The translations under genes and the position numbers were made by a program. A stretch of 63,106 nucleotides of DNA, filler included, from Octopus bimaculoides (Eukaryota), in the NCBI RefSeq assembly GCF_001194135.2. It is 7 parts of 6 records of this genome, joined end to end, with 100 filler letters (N's around TTAATTAATTAA, not from the genome) between each part and the next. Parts side by side here need not be neighbours in the genome. Positions count along the whole stretch, not along the records: positions 1 to 21,937 come from NC_068983.1; positions 22,038 to 32,935 come from NC_068983.1; 5 more parts are not named here. The stretch is one strand, 5' to 3'. Positions 14,078-27,477 of this stretch are shown here, piece by piece. How positions within the stretch are numbered: position 1 is the stretch's first letter; every line of letters begins with the position of its first letter. The notes below the pieces were generated by a model that saw only the letters and a list, made by a program, of their open reading frames with translations, was not told where the DNA came from and ran no database searches.

Positions 14078-16661
14078 GCGTCTGTCTGACGTGTTTCTAT
14101 ATCTCTTCCTATTCACTTACCCATTTGTTTTTCATTATTTTCAGTTATTTTATTCATTCTTTCACTATTATCTTGTTTGCCTTCATTCTTACATTCTTAA
14201 CATTTAATTCATTGTTTTATTTCTTTGCTTTTACCGTCTCATTCCTTCTTATATTTTCATTTAATGTTTCATTTAATGTTTCATTATTCCACTTTTATTC
14301 AGTAATTAAATTTTTCACTTACATACATTCCTCCATCCAGTAATCATTTATTCATTTACTTCTTATTTTCTTTCTGTCTCTTTTTAAACCGAAACCACAA
14401 ATGACACATCCACCATTTTGATTGATATGCTTTACATATAAGAGAGCAACATAAATGAAATCTAATAAGGACAAGCAGATAGTTTGATGAGAAAAATTCT
14501 GCCCCGTATTCTCAGTTACCCGTTTTCCACTCGACTCATTCCACCACCCGCCAATTTAATGTCAAGAAGAAGAAAAATGATCTAGTAAGTTTACTCTCAC
14601 TCGACACCCACCCATACAACTCAAGAATGCGCAGTCCTTCTTTATTTAATAGTTAGGAAATTGAAAGCGGATTTATCATTAATGACACTCGGTGAAAATT
14701 CGGTAAATAGCCATCCTCGCAAAATCTGCTGGAATGAACGTCCGGAAACATAACTTATGTTTAATGTGACGTGATTTCTCATACCTTAGCAAGCATTACA
14801 TTGTTTGTCTAAGAAATCAAATTGTTTAAGGTTTCCTGTCTAAGAAATTATCTTAAAATGTTATTTCTATTACGTTTTTCCCCCCTTCGAGATTACACTG
14901 TATTTACCAAATAAATTCAGGTGTGTACAGCATCAGGTTTTAGCGGCTGGTCAGTTTACTTTTGACCTGATGCACTGAAGAATATATCATTGACTTTTGT
15001 TATTGTTACTTTGGTGCTATCTATGATACTTATGTGTTTTGTGTGTAAACTGTCTTATTGTTTTAACATTATGCTGTTCACGCAATATGTTTGTAAACTG
15101 CACTGATTTAAACACAAGGTCTAGTTCATACTATCGGTTTAAGTAATTGATCATTAAATAGCAATAAAATATTTGGTTGAATGTATCGATTTAATCCTTC
15201 TTCTCAAAATTACTGCCTTCTTCCCAAATCTGAAGCGATTATATCTGCAAGGCCATGCATTGAATACCCAGAGCCAGTTCAACTATAACGTTGAGAGTTC
15301 TGGAAAGGGCGTGTGCTGTGTCTAGCGGTTTTCAAAATAATGTTTAAACTTGTGAACATTCGTATAGTTCTAGCTGGTGTTCATATTCTTCTGTTCTCTA
15401 CTGCTTTTCTTCATACACAATTAATCAGTTATTGTTGTTTAAACTTCCATTCAACTAGCTTCCAGTCTTTGTCGAGTTCCGTTTATTTAAAAAGAATTCA
15501 ATCCCCTTGAAAGTAACGTTCTAACTTTGCTAATACTTGAAAACGTTTTACCAGGAAGGGTTAAGAATATACGCCGTTGGATTCAAATTGCTTCTTGTTT
15601 GATTTCGTACATCACATATTGTTAACTAACATACTTCAATAAGAATTCTTCTACAAATGCATATCTTACAGCATACTATTACTAAAACTAGTTGAAGCAT
15701 GCTGTAATATGTTCCTACAATGTCTGCATAGTATTCAATATTTGTGTGATGCATTCGCCCGGTGCCACAATTTGAAACAAATATTTATATGATGGTTAAT
15801 TATAAAATGTAATTATAAAATCTTCATACAACCAATCAATGTAGAATTCTGCAGTCGATTGTCTTTATATTGGTTGTATAGGTTACAATTACCATATCTT
15901 TAACCTTTCTATATTTCTTAACGACCAAGCACTGACCTTTTACGATCAAAATCATTACCTAATATTTAATATATTTATTCAAATCTGACGAATGTATAAA
16001 CACAGATTGACTTTTGTATCCCTAAGATTCATTAGTACAGTTTTGTAAAGGTAGTTTAATCTTTCTAAAACAAAACATTTCTCTTACTGTATATATAACT
16101 AACACTTCTTACTGTATGACTGTCTTAAGTTTTCTATCAATGATATGATAATAATTCCTTTTTTCTTATATTAGCTGGAATCGACCTCAAATCATGATTG
16201 TTAAAAAAATTCATGACTTCTACAAAAGAAAAATCGGTCAAGTCTGTCAATATAAATAATATAGACAACTAAAGGTAAAGAAGGAAACTTGAATTCAGAC
16301 GTTAAAATGAAATTTGTTCTTCTACATTTTCTGACTTTGCACTGCTTTCGAGCCAAGGCGAAAAAGGCTACATAGCTGTTCGATCTTTCGTATTAAATTT
16401 TCTAGAAACTGCAGTGAAATTTCTCGCAAAGGTAATCTTCTTTCTGAAAAAAAAAGTGAAAGGGTATATTTGATAATATGCTTCTAGGCACGCATTGATT
16501 TGAAAAAGCTGGATTGAAATACTTTGATTTATAGGTCTGGTTGCTCAGTGATATCTTGTGGCTAAACAAATACAAAAATTAACACACACAACGAGAACAA
16601 CGACAAGTTAACAACGATATTTACAATAGTCAAAACAACTCAATACATTTTATTATACATC

Positions 16662-16865
16662 TTTCTACTATTAGCACAAGGCCTGAAATTGTGGACGAAG
16701 GGGCTAGTCAATTACACCGACCGCAGTACGTAACTGGTACCTAATTTATCGACCCCAAAAAGTGAAAGGCAAAGTCGACCTCGGCGGAATGAGAACTCAG
16801 AATGTAAAAAATGCCGCTAAGTTTTTTTGCGCGTTGTGCAAACGATTCTGCCATTTCGCCGCCTT
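16662..16865 (-). mobile_element. SINE family 1
   Basis: Reverse complement of the 5435 element (gtcgacctcggcggaat...aactcagaatg...ctgccatttcgccgcctta). Confidence 0.85.
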
Positions 16866-16908
16866 ATTGAATATTATTATTATAATACGAATGATTTATT
16901 GCAAAGAT

Positions 16909-17115
16909 TAAGACGGTGAGCTGACAGAATGCTTAACACGCAGAAAACATTTTTGCAGCGGCATTGTTTTACAGCGATACGTTCTGAGTTCAAATTCCAT
17001 CGGGATCAACTGTACCTTTAATCCTATCTGAATCGATCAAATACGAGCTCGTTCAGCACTGGGGTCGATGTAATCGACTGGTTCCCTTCTTCTCCCAATC
17101 TCAAACCTCGTGCGT
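16909..17115 (+). mobile_element. SINE family 1
   Basis: gacggtgagctgacagaatg...gttctgagttcaaattcc...ggggtcgatgtaatcgactgg. Confidence 0.8.
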
Positions 17116-17160
17116 ATTATTATTATTGTTGCTGTTATTATTATTATTATTATTATTATT

Positions 17161-17539
17161 GTTCAGTAGTTTTATTTTTATAACGTGCTTTCACTTCACT
17201 ACTGAGCGCAGCTCTGTGTGCCTTGGGTATGTGCTTTGGTTTGCTGTGATGCTCTTGTGGTTATAGTATTGAAAGTGCTTTGCGTAGGATATGTGCAGTG
17301 CCCAGTAGTGCAATTTTCTGCATGTTATATATATTTGTAAGTCCTGGTGTTTTTGTTATGTATTTGTCTGAATATTTTTTTTTATTATACCTAAGGCACC
17401 TACTATGATAGGAATTGTTTCTGTTTTTAGATTCCACATTCGAGTTACCTCCATTTCCAGGTCTGTGTATTTTGAAAGTTTTTCCATTTCTTTTAGGGAA
17501 ACGTTGTCATCTGCTGGTATTGATACATCAATTAGAAAG

Positions 17540-17541
<2 letters not shown>
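17161..17541 (-). mobile_element. 5'-truncated R4/Dong-like RLE-LINE inserted in a (TAA)n microsatellite
   Basis: Minus translation CFLIDVSIPADDNVSLKEMEKLSKYTDLEMEVTRMWNLKTETIPIIVGALG...KIALLGTAHILRKALSIL* plus a 3' UTR. (TTA)n lies on both sides (17118-17160, 17541-17575). Confidence 0.9.
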
Positions 17542-17576
<35 letters not shown>

Positions 17577-17583
17577 CACACAC

Positions 17584-17735
17584 ACGAGGGAGTGCTGAAA
17601 ATTTCCTGGCTTTGGGTAAAACAAAATGCGGGAGAACCAGTTAATTACGATTTCCTTGAACATGTCTCCCCCACCCCACCCCATATTCACACACCTATGA
17701 CAGTGATCCTTCAGTTTTTTTCCAAGTCCAGTATA
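17584..17735 (+). mobile_element. Mariner-like terminal fragment
   Basis: Starts acgagggagtgctgaaaatttcctggcttt, typical of mariner TIRs (TACGAGGG...). No matching second end found. Confidence 0.5.
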
Positions 17736-18172
17736 CATATATATATATAAACTCAAATAAAGACAAAAGTAAAGCTGTCCAGGACAAGATCTGAACTCAG
17801 AGAAACAATAATCATGGCATAAATAGGCTAGAGAAAAGAAAAACAAATAACTACAACATAATCAGTAATGCAGAAAGTTATGTTGTCGTGAACGGAAGAG
17901 GACGAGATTGGGATCGCATAATTTGGTATGAAGGAATGTATAAAAACTGATGTACATACAATACAACGTCATAATTCAGTTTTAAGAATACTGGAAAATA
18001 AAATACATAAATGAATAAATATACAAATAAACAATTAAACAATAATAACAACAACGACAACAACAACAACAGCAAAAACAACGGCAGCAACAAAACAACA
18101 AGCATAATGACGACGCTGACAATAATGATAGTAATAATCATGATGATAATAATAATAATAATAATAATAATG

Positions 18173-18224
<52 letters not shown>

Positions 18225-18301
18225 TAACAATATATATATATATATATATATGTATGTGTAGATGTGTAAATATGCCTGTGTGCACGTGTGTATGCGTGTA
18301 A

Positions 18302-18366
<65 letters not shown>

Positions 18367-19869
18367 GTTATAATAAATTTCACCATAAATCAAAGACGCT
18401 AAAACGATTCCACAGACAATCTGGCAATTCGTATGATGAATATATCATGTGATATAAAACGATATTATATTATACCAGACATACATACTTATGCGTATAT
18501 ATGTATATATATATATATANNNNNNNNNNNNNNNNNNNNNNNNNNNNNNNNNNNNNNNNNNNNNNNNNNNNNNNNNNNNNNNNNNNNNNNNNNNNNNNNN
18601 NNNNNNNNNNNNNNNNNNNNNNNNNNNNNNNNNNNNNNNNNNNNNNNNNNNNNNNNNNNNNNNNNNNNNNNNNNNNNNNNNNNNNNNNNNNNNNNNNNNN
18701 NNNNNNNNNNNNNNNNNNNNNNNNNNNNNNNNNNNNNNNNNNNNNNNNNNNNNNNNNNNNNNNNNNNNNNNNNNNNNNNNNNNNNNNNNNNNNNNNNNNN
18801 NNNNNNNNNNNNNNNNNNNNNNNNNNNNNNNNNNNNNNNNNNNNNNNNNNNNNNNNNNNNNNNNNNNNNNNNNNNNNNNNNNNNNNNNNNNNNNNNNNNN
18901 NNNNNNNNNNNNNNNNNNNNNNNNNNNNNNNNNNNNNNNNNNNNNNNNNNNNNNNNNNNNNNNNNNNNNNNNNNNNNNNNNNNNNNNNNNNNNNNNNNNN
19001 NNNNNNNNNNNNNNNNNNNNNNNNNNNNNNNNNNNNNNNNNNNNNNNNNNNNNNNNNNNNNNNNNNNNNNNNNNNNNNNNNNNNNNNNNNNNNNNNNNNN
19101 NNNNNNNNNNNNNNNNNNNNNNNNNNNNNNNNNNNNNNNNNNNNNNNNNNNNNNNNNNNNNNNNNNNNNNNNNNNNNNNNNNNNNNNNNNNNNNNNNNNN
19201 NNNNNNNNNNNNNNNNNNNNNNNNNNNNNNNNNNNNNNNNNNNNNNNNNNNNNNNNNNNNNNNNNNNNNNNNNNNNNNNNNNNNNNNNNNNNNNNNNNNN
19301 NNNNNNNNNNNNNNNNNNNNNNNNNNNNNNNNNNNNNNNNNNNNNNNNNNNNNNNNNNNNNNNNNNNNNNNNNNNNNNNNNNNNNNNNNNNNNNNNNNNN
19401 NNNNNNNNNNNNNNNNNNNNNNNNNNNNNNNNNNNNNNNNNNNNNNNNNNNNNNNNNNNNNNNNNNNNNNNNNNNNNNNNNNNNNNNNNNNNNNNNNNNN
19501 NNNATATATATATATATATATATATATACATACATACATATGTTTATGTATGTATGTATATATATATACATATGTTTATGTATATATATATACACACACA
19601 CACACACATATATATGTACAAATATAAATATATTATTTATTCAAACTTATTTACGTAGATGTAACATTTATATTTATGTGTTCGTGTGTATGTCTGCGTG
19701 CGTGCATGCGTAAGTGTGCTTGGGTGTGTATGTGTGTGCGTAAAAGAGATTCTATTATTCTATTTTATTATCAGTTTGACGCTCAGGACGCGGCTAAGCT
19801 GGGGCAACGCCGGTACCGTTAAGGCTTGTTTATTTTATTTTAGTCTCACTTGTTTTCCTCTTTTAAGAA

Positions 19870-20025
19870 CTGTTCCTGTTGAGTAGTGAATACGCAAGTG
19901 TTGCCGTCCTCGGCAGCTCTTGCCGCGTTGCGATTCATCTGTTATAAGAGATAAAAACTTGCGTAATTGTTGTTTAAACAAATTTACCTCTTCACTTCGT
20001 AAATCCTTGAAGCTGTTTTTCAAGG
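19870..20025 (-). mobile_element. CR1/L2-like LINE extreme 3' relic
   Basis: Minus translation KDLRSEEVNLFKQQLRKFLSLITDESQRG resembles the FK..LD.FL..IPDEP C-terminus of CR1-group ORF2. Confidence 0.45.
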
Positions 20026-21173
20026 TATGATGTAGCTACAGGATTTGAACCCTAAATTGCTACAGCGTGGGAGCCAAGTGGTGAGATCTTTACTGTTATA
20101 CAGACTGGCACCCTGTATATATATATATATATATANNNNNNNNNNNNNNNNNNNNNNNNNNNNNNNNNNNNNNNNNNNNNNNNNNNNNNNNNNNNNNNNN
20201 NNNNNNNNNNNNNNNNNNNNNNNNNNNNNNNNNNNNNNNNNNNNNNNNNNNNNNNNNNNNNNNNNNNNNNNNNNNNNNNNNNNNNNNNNNNNNNNNNNNN
20301 NNNNNNNNNNNNNNNNNNNNNNNNNNNNNNNNNNNNNNNNNNNNNNNNNNNNNNNNNNNNNNNNNNNNNNNNNNNNNNNNNNNNNNNNNNNNNNNNNNNN
20401 NNNNNNNNNNNNNNNNNNNNNNNNNNNNNNNNNNNNNNNNNNNNNNNNNNNNNNNNNNNNNNNNNNNNNNNNNNNNNNNNNNNNNNNNNNNNNNNNNNNN
20501 NNNNNNNNNNNNNNNNNNNNNNNNNNNNNNNNNNNNNNNNNNNNNNNNNNNNNNNNNNNNNNNNNNNNNNNNNNNNNNNNNNNNNNNNNNNNNNNNNNNN
20601 NNNNNNNNNNNNNNNNNNNNNNNNNNNNNNNNNNNNNNNNNNNNNNNNNNNNNNNNNNNNNNNNNNNNNNNNNNNNNNNNNNNNNNNNNNNNNNNNNNNN
20701 NNNNNNNNNNNNNNNNNNNNNNNNNNNNNNNNNNNNNNNNNNNNNNNNNNNNNNNNNNNNNNNNNNNNNNNNNNNNNNNNNNNNNNNNNNNNNNNNNNNN
20801 NNNNNNNNNNNNNNNNNNNNNNNNNNNNNNNNNNNNNNNNNNNNNNNNNNNNNNNNNNNNNNNNNNNNNNNNNNNNNNNNNNNNNNNNNNNNNNNNNNNN
20901 NNNNNNNNNNNNNNNNNNNNNNNNNNNNNNNNNNNNNNNNNNNNNNNNNNNNNNNNNNNNNNNNNNNNNNNNNNNNNNNNNNNNNNNNNNNNNNNNNNNN
21001 NNNNNNNNNNNNNNNNNNNNNNNATGATGATCAACCCGATTCCCACGGATATTACGAACTATTCACTACACATCCCAACGATACAGACTCTGAAGTTAAA
21101 GACACCTTCTTGTGGAAACGCGCGTAGCGATGTATTAAATTTTTATAAATTCCATCTTAGAATTATTATCACT

Positions 21174-21245
<72 letters not shown>

Positions 21246-22315
21246 CATATATATATATATACATATTGCTCCAACATCGCCACAATCAAATAACTCTAGG
21301 GAGTAGAACCTCAGGTCTTTTAGTTCCTCATATAGCATGCTATTAGTGATCTCAGTGCATTTCTTTGATTATCGCGTTTGCCATTCCCTAAAATTTTTCT
21401 TCTTCGCTCCGTTTATCATGCGCGTAGTAATATTCCAACGTTCAAATTTAGAATCAATTATATCGATCTCGGTTATAATCATGGCCCTTCAGCAGTCTGC
21501 TTCTATCCTTCTCCACTCATTAACAAATATAAACCAAAGAGCATTCGGCATTGTTTATCTAATTCCACTAATCCTTTGCACAATTCCACCTTTCCAGAAT
21601 GTAACTAAGTTACCCTTTTCCCTGCAGACATCGATCATTTTCCCAGAGAAGACCAAATAACGCATCATCCGAATTGAATTTGGCAGCTAAGGAATATTTT
21701 ATATCTTGACAGCCATCCTATTACTATCTAAAAAACGATTATATGCTTAAATGGAAACGAAAAAGAAAAACAAACAAGCAATGGAGGGAAATCCTAACAC
21801 TAGATAAAAGAATTGACCTCTATATTTTCCGCAAATTCATGCACATATTCACACACTAATACGTCCATACACTGGCATAAAGCATGTGTGCGTGTATGTG
21901 TGTGAGCGTATATATATATATATATATATATATATATNNNNNNNNNNNNNNNNNNNNNNNNNNNNNNNNNNNNNNNNNNNNTTAATTAATTAANNNNNNN
22001 NNNNNNNNNNNNNNNNNNNNNNNNNNNNNNNNNNNNNATGCTCATATATCATTTGTATTATGTATATATATAATACAAATGATACATGAGCATATGCATG
22101 TATACATACATATATGTACATACCAACATCTACATGTATATATTGATGCATATACGGGTACAAGACGACAAAAAATGAACGGGAACATAAAACGGACTGT
22201 TTTTTACGGATAATAGAATGAACACAGGAAAACAGACAAGTCATCATGGAACACACACACACATACACAACACACACACACACACACAAACACACACAAA
22301 CACACACACACACAC

Positions 22316-22370
<55 letters not shown>

Positions 22371-22800
22371 TGTGAAATTAGATACTAATAAGACTTTTTC
22401 AACACTCATATTATCGTGGTCCTTTTTCAGAAAAGTGCTCAATAAATCAGTTCAACTACATTAAAAATATCAGAGCTGTGACAAAGTTTAGATGATAAAC
22501 TAGGTGAGTGACGAACTCGAAAATATTCTAATATAAAATTGATGTAAATTCTGTTTACCTACTTTTCCAGACACATCTATCAAGTCATGTTTCTTTGCTA
22601 GGATACTAACAAGAGACATCAGCTGATATTTCAATAAAGAAAATATGTGTCGGTATGTCAGCTAAGACAGCTGTCATACGCAGCTGGCAGTTGAACATAA
22701 AAAGGAACAAGAAAACATGTACATATGTAAGTATCTATGTATGAATGTATGTGCATATGGTGTATCTATTCGTATGAATATATGTTACAATATACGTATA

Positions 22801-22858
<58 letters not shown>

Positions 22859-23599
22859 GTTTCTTTTCTATCATTTTTATGAGCTATGTTTTGACTATAC
22901 GCTCGTGAGATATGTGTTCTACGTTTGGAATATTCAAATTTCTCAGTCAATCATCAGAATTTTAAGCAATATTATACTTACATACAGAAACAGTGAATTT
23001 TATTTTATTTTTTATTTATTTATTTATTTTTTTGCTATAGTAGATCTAGTCTAAATCATATAGCCACTACTTCTAGGATTGGAATTTTGAGCATTTTGTA
23101 GACACATCATCAGTCAAATGTTTAAGTATTTTATGTCAAGTGTATATTAGCTTGAAGTTCAATTTACGATCGTACTCTGCTACAAATATTAAATCCATCA
23201 TTAAACACATTTTAGAAGGATATATGCACAGTAAATAACTTGTGTCCCCATTATTACAATTTTGAGGGACGTTGCTCAGAACTACAAGTTAATAATTCTA
23301 GTATGAGTATGATCATCGACAAATAATATGCTACTGACTACATTATAAGTAAACAGCTTAAACAAAAAGGACGGGAAACCAAGATGCTAAATAAATCCAA
23401 GGAGATAATCTTGCATTGTGCATATAGATAATATATATGGAAATGCCAGATATTAGCCCTTCAGAAAGCATTGCAATAGATCACAAATATATGCATGTGC
23501 ATGTAAGTGTGTGAGAGGACGTTTATGTATATAACTACACGCATACATAAAGAGAGAAGGTGAGAGAGAAGTAAAGTGAGAGAGAGAGAGAACATATTT

Positions 23600-25470
23600 T
23601 TATTGCATCTTCCCTCGTCGGGTCTAGTCGACCTCCGTTTCTGTCAATGACTTATCCTAAATATTTTATTTTCGATGAGAAAAATGTGCACTTTACTTCA
23701 CTCTAAGTAAAGCCGTATTCTCTAATTTTTTCGAACACATTTTGCTTGCTCTATATGTTGGTCTCGGGATTCGCTTTTTATGAGTATATCATCCAGATAT
23801 GGAATTGCTAATTCACAGTCCGCTAAAATTTTATCCATAATCTGTTGAAAAATCGACGGTGTGAATTTTAAGCCAAATCGTAACCTATTGTATTTATATA
23901 ATCCTTTATGTGTATTAATTGTTTGGTATTTAGAGCATTCATCGTCTTCTCTAATTTGTAGGTACGCATCAGAGAGATCCAATCTAGAAAATATTTTGTC
24001 ACCGTTTAATTTTGCAAATATAACCTCCGGAGTAGGTAGCGGATAATGGAAGGTTTTTAGACATTCGTTTAAACCAGTGGAAAAATCAGCACACGCTCTG
24101 ATTTTATTATTGTTTCTCAATGTACACAATTTGTGATGCCTATTGAATGTATTTCACTTTTTGGATAACTCTAATTTTTTCTAGTATGTTTAACTCTAAG
24201 TTTATCTGTTCTAACGCTGCGAAAGGTAGAATTCGTTTTGATTTAAACACTGGTATGGCGGTTTCTTTTATTTGAAACTTCGCCTTCGTTTTGGTGCACA
24301 GACGTTATTCATCAGACAGATCTTCAGGAAGAATTCAAAAATTTTCTTTCTTCCAATTCGTCTGACGACTTATTTGTACTGGGGGTAAAACATTTCACAT
24401 TTTTACAGCAAAGCTTAATGGGGAGGTCCCATAAGTTAAATATTTCCACTTAGATTTTTCGAATGAATTCGTCGTATTATTTAACACGAAAACTTTGGCT
24501 TTTAATGTTTGTCCACGAAATGTATCTTCAGTTAACATTTCGCTCTTACAATGTAATTTTTTCCTGAAACACCGGGTGCAATTTTCGAAGTTTCTTTTAA
24601 TCTGGGTCTCCCGATTTTTTCTGTGTATCTGTGTTAATTATCGAGATATCAATGCTCGTATCCAATTGTAAATTTTCGTTTGTGTTATTAATTTTTGCAT
24701 ACACAAATTTCCTTTGAGGTTTCTTCGCATTTCTTGTCACCAATAACTTGTTTGCGTGATTTTTCTATTGAACCGTTTTTTAGGTTTTGTTTTGCTGTGC
24801 GATTTTTCTCACTTATCTTACCATACTTGAAGCGTTTTGTATCTTTAAACAGACAGTTACTTTCAAAATGTAGACCACTGCACCCATAACATGGATTCGG
24901 TCTTGACATTTTTTCTGTTTTCATATCCATTATGGGTCGACACGCATGAATATGAGATCAGTTTTTTCCTTCAGTTTTACCTGCGTCATGTCTAAGATTT
25001 ATGATCCTCTGGCATTCTTCTGCTACTGCCTTTAGAGTTAACTTTTAGTTCTGTAGTTATTTTGTTAAAATCCGGGAAAGTATATCTCCATCTTAGCTTG
25101 CAGTAAATCACTGGGCAAAAAATAGACATATAATCATGTCCAGGGTTAGTTCATTTAATTTGAATTTTTCACACTTTCTGTTAACAACATAACTCCAGCA
25201 AAGGTGATGAAATCGTCATCACCTTTTTTGACCAAATTTAAACGTTGCTGGCAAGTATTGAACTACTTTGAATGAAAATTTTCGACAAAATATTAATTGT
25301 TTCATCGAAACGAATTTCACCTGGTTTGTTCAGCAGAATATAATTACTATATGTTTGGTGTTCGGCAGGGGATAATTTTCTTAAAAGTAGTCGTACATTT
25401 TTCTCGTTCGCCCAAGTTTTACAATTGTCTTTGATGATTTCTTCTTATCTTCGAAAATATGCAGAAACAA
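23600..25470 (-). mobile_element. Ty3/Gypsy LTR retrotransposon relic (gag, zinc knuckle, protease, RT), pseudogenised
   Basis: Gag-like WANEKNVRLLLRKLSPAEHQTYSNYIL at about 25.4 kb, CCHC knuckle CYGCSGLHFESNC at about 24.88 kb, protease LQLDTSIDISIIN at about 24.65 kb, and RT ORF 23722-24129 with CADFSTGLN, LDLSDAYLQI, GLYKYNRLRFGL and YLDD. No RNase H, integrase or LTR seen. Confidence 0.92.
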
Positions 25471-26437
25471 TAATCCCTTCGTCTGCATTGTGATTAGTTG
25501 TATTACATTGGGACTGAACCTCAATTACGTGATAGCACCAATAATGTTCTAAGTACACGGCTATTTCTGCATCACTATAAGTGCATTTGATCTATAAAGT
25601 CTGCTCTCCAAACTATTTTGGTGGTAGCTATATGAAAACTATATATCTCTATATTTCATCGTTTATCAGGGATCTCTGTAAAATTCTAAATGAGAAGCCA
25701 TTGCCACGAAGGATTTAAAATTTATTATTAGTTCCAAATATTTATCAGTATATAGACCTTGTTTGTAATATTCTCAATGGACTTTAGTTTTATCAGCTAA
25801 ATGTTAGGTTAGGCATGTTAAAGAATATATGGATTGGAGATATTTACGTACTCTGTTAAATCAATATATCAAATATTTACTTGCTGGGTATAGTTGCACA
25901 TTATGAACCAATTACATATTTATGTGAATGCAAAATTCAGAAATATTAGTAGCTTGCCTTTTTAGTAATCATAATTTTGCTTTTTCATTTCTCTTGTATA
26001 GACTTTAGAATTATTGTTCCGTTGTTATGATTACTTAAGGCCAGTGCAACAAAGTACATGAATATTTGGTTCTGACGATGTAGTCTTAGGTTCTATTAAA
26101 CCGTTCGGAATGTTTGGTGCCTTTACGATAAGCAGGATCGAACAACACTTCGTAAATGGGGATTTATAGGCAACCATTAAGTATGAAGCTATAGACTAAG
26201 GGTCCTGCTCATTAATGGTGGACAAAATTCAGTGCCCAGATTAATATCAGTATCTGACAACTGTGTGACTTCAGCAAGATCAACTCATGTGCAATAATTT
26301 GTGCAATGTCACCGTTTTGAGGAAAACATTCACTCTCCTTAACAGCTAATCGAGTGTACCTGGAAACTTTATTGCTGCTGTTTTTCGTCCTCTCCCTCCT
26401 CATAGATCCAGGAAAAGTGAATATTCTTATATTTGCA

Positions 26438-26487
<50 letters not shown>

Positions 26488-27432
26488 GAATATGAAGGAT
26501 ATATTTCACTGGTGATCTAAACGAATAGGTACGCTGAGTAAGTGCTATAAATGGCCATTCGTTATGTTCCAAGTTGACGGCAGGAGCGGGACATAGGGAT
26601 CTGCATTAGGGATCCGAGTTAGCAGGTAGATATTGTATTAGAAGAAAAAGACCAACAAAAACTAAGGCAGACGAGTATCTCAAGTCATTTAGAATATTTA
26701 CTTAGGGTAACGTGAATTTGAAGTCTTGCAGCTGTTTCTGGGATATATCCAAGTGAAAGGCTAGCATGACTGCCCTCCCTTATTTCATGCCTCCATCGTA
26801 GATGGGTAGATTTGCAAGTAGATATAATTTTGGATAACGTGTAAAAGAAGTAGATAAGTGAAATACGCAGACTTATCGGACTAGGTGAGTGAAATATATA
26901 ACCGATGTGTATAACCTACATTCGCCACAGGTAGATCACAGACCACGTACGCCTAAGATCAATTATATTACCAACATTGTCACCACATCTTTTCTTAAAT
27001 ATAAATATTGAATTAACAAGCCTTCATATCTCATGGCAGTACGGTTTGATTTCAGGAAATGTTTATACCTCTTTGAGAAATTAGTGAGGCCAATTAACGC
27101 AGTGGTTTCATTTCTGAATTGTCCTATACTTAATTTATAGCATTTCGAGAACAAACGACAGTGTCCTTCCAGGGAAAAGTTCAACGCAGGGAGTAAGCAA
27201 TGTATCACAATATCGAGATATTTCAAAGCTATTAATTTAATTAACTAGTTTCTTGATCTATATCTTCCTGAAGTATTTCATGATAATAAAGAATGTAAAC
27301 TAAGGAAAGACAATGTACTAAAACGAGTTTACAATTTTAATGGATGTTTTCGATATCAGTGAATACTTTCACTGGAAAAAGATACATAAGTTTTGCCAAG
27401 AATTAGCTTTCTCATCGCAGATCGGTGGTTAT

Positions 27433-27477
27433 CGGACGCTGACGAAGGGAAATAACCCTGAAACTCGAGTACGTTCG
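27433..27477 (+). ncRNA. Type I hammerhead ribozyme, unit A (GUA cleavage site after 27471)
   Basis: cggacg-CTGACGA-aggg(aaataa)ccct-GAAA-ctcgag-TA-cgttcg. Stem I is 6 bp, stem II is 4 bp, stem III is palindromic, and all conserved core bases are present. Confidence 0.9.

Noticed and set aside
21982-21993. TTAATTAATTAA islands inside N gaps (also 32980, 54489, 56979, 59222, 61338)
   Set aside because: An identical 12-mer centred in N runs, giving stops in all six frames. This is most consistent with an assembly or submission spacer rather than genomic sequence.
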